This document shows, in pieces, positions 18,673-24,000 of a stretch of 24,000 nucleotides of DNA. The number at the start of each line of letters is the position of its first letter. Position 1 is the first letter of the stretch. Made by a program: the position numbers and the translations under genes. The stretch covers positions 37,287 through 61,286 of the forward strand of contig NZ_PJPV01000077.1 of the NCBI RefSeq assembly GCF_002864045.1. Direction: 5' to 3'. The DNA comes from Endozoicomonas acroporae (GTDB lineage Bacteria; Pseudomonadota; Gammaproteobacteria; Pseudomonadales; Endozoicomonadaceae). The notes beneath the pieces are model-generated. The model did no database searches, was not told where the DNA came from, and was given only the letters and a program-made list of their open reading frames with translations.

Positions 18673-19044
18673 TCAAAGCATCTTCCGCCTTATCTGACGC
18701 TGGAGAAATATATGGTCATGGAAGAAAGCTGCAATTACATTGGCACTAATATTTTTTGAGGCAAGTTTGGTTGAAACTGCTGCTGTTAGACCAACGGCTT
18801 CCAGGCTTGAGTGTACAGTCAGTGTTATTTGCCTGTAAATATGTTCAAACTTAATATTCGCACTTTCAGCGTTATCTTTTGATAGAACTAAAGATAAGCC
18901 TTCTGATTCAATAAAGCTTGAAAGTGGATTTAAATGAGCATAATCGGAGAGGTCTCCGGGTAAAGTACAGAAAATAAATTCACCCTCTACAAGCTTCGGG
19001 TTGATGCTGCTGAGAAGCTTTTCTAATTCAATAATACCAGTCAT
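18673..19044 (-). CDS. ACT-domain protein (ACT_7 / COG3602-like)
   Basis: LEKLLSSINPKLVEGEFIFCTL...ITLTVHSSLEAVGLTAAVSTKLASKNISANVIAAFFHDHIF matches the small ACT-domain family pattern (L..M.P.L..G.YVFC....ITL.VHSSLEAVG.TA.....LA..GIS.NV.A..YHDHIFV). The last ~10 aa look atypical. Confidence 0.6.
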   Translation of the reverse strand: MTGIIELEKLLSSINPKLVEGEFIFCTLPGDLSDYAHLNPLSSFIESEGLSLVLSKDNAESANIKFEHIYRQITLTVHSSLEAVGLTAAVSTKLASKNISANVIAAFFHDHIFLQRQIRRKML

Positions 19045-19529
19045 TTTTTTATCCGGGTGTAAAACTCAGTCTCTATCAAGGCTCTGAAGTATTCCATGTA
19101 ATCGTGGCCCCATGCAAGAGCGGCCATGCAGTTTGCTCAGGATGTCAGCAACCAGCTCCGGGCTATGACCGTCTTGCTGCACGTCGTTTCGAGTTTGTTT
19201 AGCCGTTCGCCTGGAAGTTCTCTATGATTTTGTTGTGAATGCACGATCTCAAAAACTTATTCATCTCAGTCATTTCCGCTGTCGCATAGAAACACCGCCT
19301 GGTTCAGAGCCATATTTTGATCACTGACTTTGTGGCCACCAACGGTAATCCCATCCAGCAGTGTTTGAACTTCCGGTAATGTCATTGCGAGCCCTTCAAG
19401 ATTTACTGCATCATAAACCAGTGAAGAAATATCCCGAACAGCAAGTTGCTTGGCCATCGCACGATTAGGAATCATCCCCCAAACGGTGTCTTTTGCCGCT
19501 GTCATTGTTTTTTCTGGCTCGGCCAGCAT
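19041..19529 (-). pseudogene. Possible Fic/Fido-family gene remnant (N-terminal two thirds, at least two frameshifts, no HxFx(D/E)GNGRxxR motif)
   Basis: The 87-aa ORF contains VYDAVNLEGLAMTLPEVQTLLDGITVGGHKVSDQNMALNQ, which resembles the Fic N-terminal region (S.AIEGN.LTL.E...LL.G.TV.GK). Continuations in other frames read FLRSCIHNKIIENFQANG, then KQTRNDVQQDGHSPELVADILSKLH, then AALAWGHDYMEYFRALIETEFYTRIKK-stop. The final TGA overlaps the ACT-gene ATG (ATGA at 19041-19044). This is a weak, by-eye call. Confidence 0.3.
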
Positions 19530-19705
19530 TCGCCTTCACTATTAGCAAAAGACGCGAGCACTATTAGCAGCAACCGTTGGTTGGAGTCAGGTTCTCTAAA
19601 TCACCTGTTTGAATTTCAACCCGAATCAATTTCAACACCCCAATTGTGTACGCAAAAGAAATCATTGCTATACTGCTTCCCGAGCAATAGCTAATAGTTT
19701 GAGAG

Positions 19706-19748
19706 AAAAACCCGGTAGGAGCGGCAACTCTGATGATCCGGGTTTTTT
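19706..19748. terminator. Hairpin flanked by an A5 and a T6 run (bidirectional terminator-like)
   Basis: AAAAACCCGG (19706-19715), a 22-nt interior and CCGGGTTTTTT (19738-19748). The interior has partial GAG/CTC pairing. Confidence 0.35.
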
Positions 19749-19874
19749 CTTGCGTGACAGAAACATAGATAGCAATAAAGAAAAGGCAAGAAAAGACTGT
19801 CCATTGTATGAACAGGTATGTCCATAGGTGAAAAGACCCTGTCCACCTATAAACACGAACAAGATAAATAACAA

Positions 19875-20399
19875 GATCAAAGAACAAGTTGCAAAATGCG
19901 GCCTGCTCGGGTGAACATCCTCCGGAGTTTCCAGAGACAACGACAGTTGTTTAACAGATGCCATCCGAAACCACTTCCCCGATGATGACTCTCCGAGATT
20001 TGTTCAGGCCTTCAGTGACAAGAGGTCACCTACTATGCCTTATGCTGTCTTCTGCACTGCGATCACACCAGATTGCTCCCATGTCAGTTAATCCCGCAAC
20101 ACAGTACAGACCTCCCGGGGTAAGACACTTAACTTTCCTCGCGTAGACGCCCAATTTATAAAACGTATCCCGCTTGCAGATGGAGGGCTTAATGGTCACG
20201 GGCCCACTGGCCCAGAATACGTCACACCTCATACTGGATTCTTGTTCATCGCTCCGCGATTTTGCGTTGAGCTTCCTTCAGACCGGGTCGCGTAGACCCT
20301 GCCTTGCAACAACGCCCTTGCCCTTTCGCTAACCTTCGGCTCTGCGAAACCGGGTAAGAGGACTTTCACCTCTCTAGTTAAGTGCCATGCTCGGCAAAC
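19875..20399 (-). mobile_element. Group II intron 5' fragment (ribozyme domains upstream of the ORF only); second copy of the 21137-22666 intron
   Basis: It is collinear, with scattered substitutions, with 22025-22666. Examples are CCAGAGACAACGACAGTTGTTTAACAGATGCCATCCGAAA at 19930 and 22101, and GGTAAGACACTTAACTTTCCTCGCGTAGACGCCCAATTTATAAAACGTATCCCG in both. The 5' end abuts repeat copy B. It lacks a 110-nt segment present in the other copy. Homology fades at the point where the RT ORF would start. Confidence 0.7.
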
Positions 20400-20443
20400 A
20401 CGCCAAATACAGAGGCACCGAAGGCGTCCCCTGGAATTTATTG
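20400..20443. repeat. Structured repeat copy B (occupied on its left by the intron fragment)
   Basis: The sequence is ACGCCAAATACAGAGGCACCGAAGGCGTCCCCTGGAATTTATTG. It has the same ends as copies A and C. The centre is different but still pairs (GGCACC/GGCGTCC). Confidence 0.6.
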
Positions 20444-20523
20444 TTATGCATACTTACTAATTTGTTAGTGAATTTAATGTGCAATTTGCAATATCATTTT
20501 TTATTTCTCATGGGTTTGATAAG

Positions 20524-21099
20524 ATGAATATCTCATTAGGAGATTTAAACTCAATTCGCGAATTCCTGCCGGTAAATTTTGCAAGCGAATCAAAACCAAC
20601 AGAAAGGGAATTAAATTTCACCTATTCTACAGGATTGGATGAAGGGATAGAAGCAATAAACATTCTTGAACGATCTTGTGAGAAAAAAGATGTAGTGTCT
20701 ATTTTTTTTAGAGATAAAAATGCACTAGAACCTTTCAATAGTTCTGACTGTATGTTGTCACTTGATTATAATGAAACCGATGATTACATAATACGTCATT
20801 ATGATGATGAACATAATGATTCAATGCACTGGCCTGAAAACCCTCTCTCATTTCATTGCCATATTAAAAAACAACGAGATGAGGTTGATACTTTAGTAAA
20901 AGGAATATTTCAGAGGCACTCGAAATCTGGAGAAACTCATTACAAACAATATTTATTCTCTAAAAAGAATTTCAAAGAAAACCATCATCAAAATGGAATC
21001 GTATTCAAAAATGGCAGTTCGTCACACAATCTTTCTTGCAAGTCAATTTATGAGGCAGTGGAAGTTGATAAATCATTATTTAGGAATATTCAAGATTGA
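20524..21099 (+). CDS. Hypothetical ~191-aa protein, AT-rich orphan
   Basis: Uninterrupted ORF in a strongly AT-rich segment (the track ORF starts at GTG 20479; the first ATG is at 20524). It is Asn/Asp/Lys/His-rich with no recognisable motif. The RBS is weak. Confidence 0.45.
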   Translation: MNISLGDLNSIREFLPVNFASESKPTERELNFTYSTGLDEGIEAINILERSCEKKDVVSIFFRDKNALEPFNSSDCMLSLDYNETDDYIIRHYDDEHNDSMHWPENPLSFHCHIKKQRDEVDTLVKGIFQRHSKSGETHYKQYLFSKKNFKENHHQNGIVFKNGSSSHNLSCKSIYEAVEVDKSLFRNIQD

Positions 21100-21136
21100 A
21101 TTCTAATAAGTAAATCCAAGAGAGTGAAAAATAAAG

Positions 21137-22022
21137 GTAGCCTTTGCTGCCCCATTGCTTCAGGATATAACACCGTAATCGTCGTCGAATCCATTTGTCC
21201 AAATCTCGCAGAGGACTCAATATTTCGGCAATATCGAAATACGCTTTGACCACCACGGACGGTGGGAAGCCTGGTTTTGCAGGAGCAAAAACCAGCCCTA
21301 CCAAGCAGGGATTTTCTAAGCTCTGCAATAATCCGGATGATTGAATGGCCTCTCGTTCGACGGCTCAGTTGTTTTACGGTCTTTTTCAGTTTGGTAAATG
21401 CTTTATCACTGACTTTCAGCACTATGTTTGAAAGGACAGGCGACAAAGGGCCACCTTGTTGTACACCTTTCACACTGGCTTGCTTTGTTCCATTAATGCA
21501 AACACCCGCTTTCAGATAACGGTTGATTAACCAAAGCGGCGTGGCATCCTTATGGTGAGCTTTGAGTTGTGTCATCAATAAATCATGATTGACATGATCA
21601 AAGAATGCCTCAAGGTCGCAATCCACCACCCAGCTGTATCCGTCTCGTATGACTGATTGTGCGTGACGTATGGCTCGATGTGCATTCCGGTGAGGGCGAA
21701 AACCGTAACTGTTATTATGGAATTTGCTGTCCCACTCTTCCTGCATAATCTGGGCAATAGCCTGCTGTATCAGTCGGTCAAGTACGGTAGGAATACCCAG
21801 CTTGCGTTTGCGGCCATCCGGTTTTGGGATTTCCATCCGCAGCACGGGCTTGGGTTGGCAGGCTCCTTCTGCCAGTTGCTGCCGAATCTTTGGCCAGTGT
21901 TGTTTCAGGAAGTCTGGAAGTTCATCAACGGTCATGCCATCGATACCTGCGGCTCCTTTATTACGTTGAACCTGTTTCAGTGCACGTACCAGATTATTCC
22001 TGTCCAGTACCCGCACCATCAA
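21137..22022 (-). pseudogene. Group II intron reverse transcriptase/maturase, defective
   Basis: RT blocks 0-4 are present (NKGAAGIDGMTV, RKLGIPTVLDRLIQQAI, YGFRPHRNAHRAI, DLEAFFDHVNHDLLM, QGGPLSPVLSNIVL). The sequence then passes directly to KVSDKAFTKLKKTVKQLSRRTRGHS...AELRKSLLG, so the YADD block is deleted in frame. The maturase motif continues in another frame (KAYFDIAEILSPLRDLDKWIRRRLRCYILKQWG) after a 49-nt insertion. The C-terminus is lost. Confidence 0.85.
21248..21296 (-). repeat. 49-nt hairpin insertion element, copy 1 (inside the RT maturase domain)
   Basis: In the gene sense it reads GCTGGTTTTTGCTCCTGCAAAACCAGGCTTCCCACCGTCCGTGGTGGTC. Deleting it joins ...CTGCTTGGTAGG to AAAGCGTATTTC..., giving LLGRKAYFDIAE... 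in frame. It matches the copy at 23800-23848 at 45 of 49 positions. Confidence 0.65.
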
Positions 22023-22666
22023 AGATGAACAAAAGATGCTTTTTTACAGTGAAGAGCGGTTCAATCGGGTCTCCCGTTTCCGGTTCACCCTCTGGTGTAT
22101 CCAGAGACAACGACAGTTGTTTAACAGATGCCATCCGAAATCACTTCCCCGATGATTACTTTCCAAGATTTGTTCTGGCCTTCAGTGGCCAGAGACCACC
22201 TACGCGGTAACTGCTCCTGCGTTACTCTAGCTCCTGCATCCATGCAGTCGTATGTCGTCTGCTGATAGGGCTATGGATAGCCCGTATGCCGAAAATGCAG
22301 GAGCAATTTTCGGTCTTCTGCACTGCGATCACAGCGGATTGCTCCGTTGTCAGTTCATCCATTAACACAGTGCAGTCCTCCCGAGGTAAGACACTTAACT
22401 TTCCTCGCGTAGACGCCCAATTTATAAAACGTATCCCGATTGCAGATGGAGGGCTTAATGGTCACGTGCCCACTGGCCCCGAATACGTCACACCTCATAT
22501 TGGGTTTCTGTTCGTCGCCCCGCGATTTTGCGTTGGGTTACCTTCAGACCGGGTCGCGTAGACCCTGCCTCACGACAACGCCCTTGCCCTTTCGCTAACC
22601 TTCGGCTCTGCGAATACCTGGTAAGAGGACTTTCACTTCTCGAGTTAAGTGCCATGCTCGGCACAC

Positions 22667-22716
22667 ACGCCAAATTCAGCGGCACGAGCGGAGCGAGTGT
22701 CCGCTGGAATTTTTTG
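22667..22716. repeat. Structured repeat copy C (5' exon of two opposed group II introns)
   Basis: The sequence is ACGCCAAATTCAGCGGCACGAGCGGAGCGAGTGTCCGCTGGAATTTTTTG. AAATT+CAGCGG pairs with CCGCTG+(G)+AATTT, leaving one unpaired G, and there is an inner CAC/GTG pair. It is flanked directly by intron 5' ends at 22666 (minus) and 22717 (plus). Confidence 0.75.
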
Positions 22717-23370
22717 GTACGCCCGGCATGGGCATGAACTGATGGGGTGGAAGTCCTCTGTGGGAGAACCTACATCTGACTGGCGGTAAAGACGCCTGCT
22801 GATGACAACCACTAGCTTAAGGCAAGTGCAGTCCCGTGAGGGGCTGTGCGGAGGCAGTCTGACTGCAAAAGTGCGAGCCGACGTATAGAAATCGCATATA
22901 AGGCTTAGTCTCTGGGCGAGTGAGCCAAGGATCACAAAGCCCTATGGTTCGTGAGACACGGTAAATGCGGCGGTTGTGCACTGAAAGTTCATGTCCTTAT
23001 CCGGGGAGATCTGTTCAACATGCGATTGGTAATTCCCAGTTCTCAGCCACTGGTTACAACAGGCTCGGCGAACAGTGACTCATCATCCTGTTCGAGCAAA
23101 CCCGATGGCAACCAATAGCGCCAGCAGAGGCAACTCCGCATGGTGATTGGGCAGAAGTCAGCAGAGGCCATAGTAGTTGTACGACAAAAGTCATTAATGG
23201 ACGGGAAGTCGTCAGCGAAGGGCCGAACATCGATGACAAAGAGGAGACTGATTCCCTCAGGGCGATGCAGCCGTCCGGCGACTCACCGTACCTGGCGACA
23301 GAATCTTTAACCAGCTTTGAACCATGATCTACTAAATTGCGTACTTGAACCGGCTAATCTGGCAAGTGCA

Positions 23371-23420
23371 TGCGACTGCACGGATGCAGGAGGTAGTGGG
23401 GAGCAGGAGCCAGAGCCGGG
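23371..23420 (+). repeat. ~50-nt (47 or 50 nt) insertion in the RT N-terminus carrying the GCAGGAGC motif
   Basis: The sequence is TGCGACTGCACGGATGCAGGAGGTAGTGGGGAGCAGGAGCCAGAGCCGGG. It separates NLASA from KQVKSNKGAPGIDG, which are adjacent in the other RT (NLVRALKQVQRNKGAAGIDG). It causes the frame change and contains the hairpin CTGCA-CGGA-TGCAG. Confidence 0.4.
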
Positions 23421-23799
23421 AAACAGGTCAAAAGCAACAAGGGTGCTCCGGGTATCGATGGAGTCACCATTGAAGCTTATCCAGACTTTGCCAAACAGCA
23501 TTGGTCTTCAGTGCGTCAAGCCTTATTGGACGGAACCTACCAACCATCACCCGTGCGTCGGCATGTTATAGAAAAGCCGGACGGTGGTGAGCGTTTGCTG
23601 GGAATCCCTACCGTGATGGATAGGGTCATACAGCAGGCCATTTTGCAGGTGCTGACCCCTGTCTTTGATCCGGGTTTCTCTCCAAACAGCTTCGGCTACC
23701 GACCGGGACGGTCAGCACACGACGGAGTCCGTCAGGTTAAGCAGTTGATCAACAGGGGGCTGCATTACGCCGTTGACGTTGATCTGAGTAAATTCTTTG

Positions 23800-23848
23800 G
23801 CTGGTTTTTGCTCCTGCAAAACCAGACTTCCCACCTTCCATGGCGGTC
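23800..23848 (+). repeat. 49-nt hairpin insertion element, copy 2 (inside RT block 3)
   Basis: The sequence is GCTGGTTTTTGCTCCTGCAAAACCAGACTTCCCACCTTCCATGGCGGTC. Deleting it turns DLSKFF-G...(stop) into DLSKFFDTVNHDVLM, the conserved group II RT block, and links the two reading frames exactly. Confidence 0.7.
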
Positions 23849-24000
23849 ATACGGTCAATCACGACGTTTTGATGTCGAGGGTCTCCCGTAAGATCCACGA
23901 CAAACGCCTTCTGAAGCTGATTGGTCGCTACCTGCGCTCCGGTGTCATGATTGATGGCAACGTCTACCCTACCAGGGTAGGCATGCCACAGGGTGGGCCT

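Larger units (their letters stand above)
21137..22666 (-). mobile_element. Group II intron with an intact 5' end, truncated at the 3' end (no domain V/VI seen)
   Basis: The reverse complement from 22666 reads GTGTGCCGAGCATGGCACTTAACTCGAGAAGTGAAAGTCC..., matching the GUGYG 5' consensus; the start is ambiguous by 2 nt (22666 or 22668). About 640 nt of structured RNA precede an RT ORF at 22022. Sequence composition switches abruptly to AT-rich at about 21137, inside the maturase domain. Confidence 0.85.
22717..24000 (+). mobile_element. Group II intron of a second lineage: 5' end plus part of the ORF, running off the window
   Basis: It starts GTACGCCCGGCATGGGCATGAACTGATGGGGTGGAAGTCCTCTGTGGGAGAACC..., a near-consensus 5' end with GUACG in place of GUGYG. 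About 600 nt of ribozyme-like sequence precede an RT ORF from ~23317. The RT is only distantly related to the minus-strand intron RT. Confidence 0.85.
23317..24000 (+). pseudogene. Group II intron reverse transcriptase, interrupted twice (partial at the window edge)
   Basis: Three frame segments are present. First, LLNCVLEPANLASA. Second, KQVKSNKGAPGIDGVTIEAYPDFAKQHWSSVRQALLDGTYQPSPVRRHVIEKPDGGERLLGIPTVMDRVIQQAILQVL...FGYRPGRSAHDGV...AVDVDLSKFF. Third, (D)TVNHDVLMSRVSRKIHDKRLLKLIGRYLRSGVMIDGNVYPTRVGMPQGGP. The breaks coincide with a ~50-nt insert (23371-23420) and the 49-nt element (23800-23848). Confidence 0.85.

Noticed and set aside
19564-20232. Minus- and plus-strand ORFs of 62-107 aa (for example 19564-19887, 19668-19964 and 20026-20232).
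   Set aside because: They overlap the intron ribozyme fragment and the terminator-like hairpin. Their translations are hydrophobic low complexity with no RBS. The same reasoning applies to ORFs at 22286-22935 and 23054-23501 within ribozyme regions.
17741-22716. The three hairpin repeats, considered as a CRISPR array.
   Set aside because: The copies are 2.2-2.7 kb apart, not regularly spaced by 30-40-nt spacers. The repeat centres differ, and there are no cas genes.
21090-24000. The reverse transcriptases, considered as retron, DGR, Abi or other defence-associated RTs.
   Set aside because: Both are preceded by ~600 nt of ribozyme-like sequence starting with a GUGYG-type 5' end. One shows the maturase motif LD.WIRRRLR...KQW. 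No msr/msd-like repeats, template/variable repeat pair or effector gene is seen. These are group II intron IEPs.

Overview
This 24-kb chromosomal window reads like a gammaproteobacterial genome (serA, sbcD-sbcC, gltS, yciA, ycgM-like FAH gene); the taxon cannot be determined from here. It has three zones.

(1) 1-4.7 kb, minus strand. This is a relic ethanolamine-utilisation (eut) microcompartment operon in which almost every gene carries a different lesion:
- an in-frame EutB'-'EutC deletion chimera
- EutL with a frameshift plus an internal deletion
- a ~32-codon stub of the EutE/PduP aldehyde dehydrogenase
- PduL frameshifted at a C6 run
- a EutJ N-terminus fused to an RnfC_N-like barrel

One BMC-H shell gene with an unusual C-terminal extension and a BtuF-like binding-fold gene remain intact.

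(2) 4.9-17.6 kb. This holds a host-attachment-family gene, a visibly AT-rich insert with a 639-aa orphan, and then an ordinary housekeeping block.

(3) 17.7-24 kb. This is an accessory mosaic containing:
- three copies of a 44-50-nt structured repeat (conserved ends, variable but still pairing centre)
- two AT-rich orphan ORFs, each just downstream of a repeat copy
- an ACT-domain gene with a Fic-like remnant
- three defective group II intron copies of two lineages

Two different introns sit head-to-head on opposite strands and use the two ends of one repeat copy as their 5' exons. Both intron RT genes are interrupted at non-homologous positions by the same 49-nt hairpin element, and removing it restores the reading frame.

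No rRNA, tRNA or CRISPR array was seen. All homology statements are by-eye recognition of family motifs from memory, not database searches.
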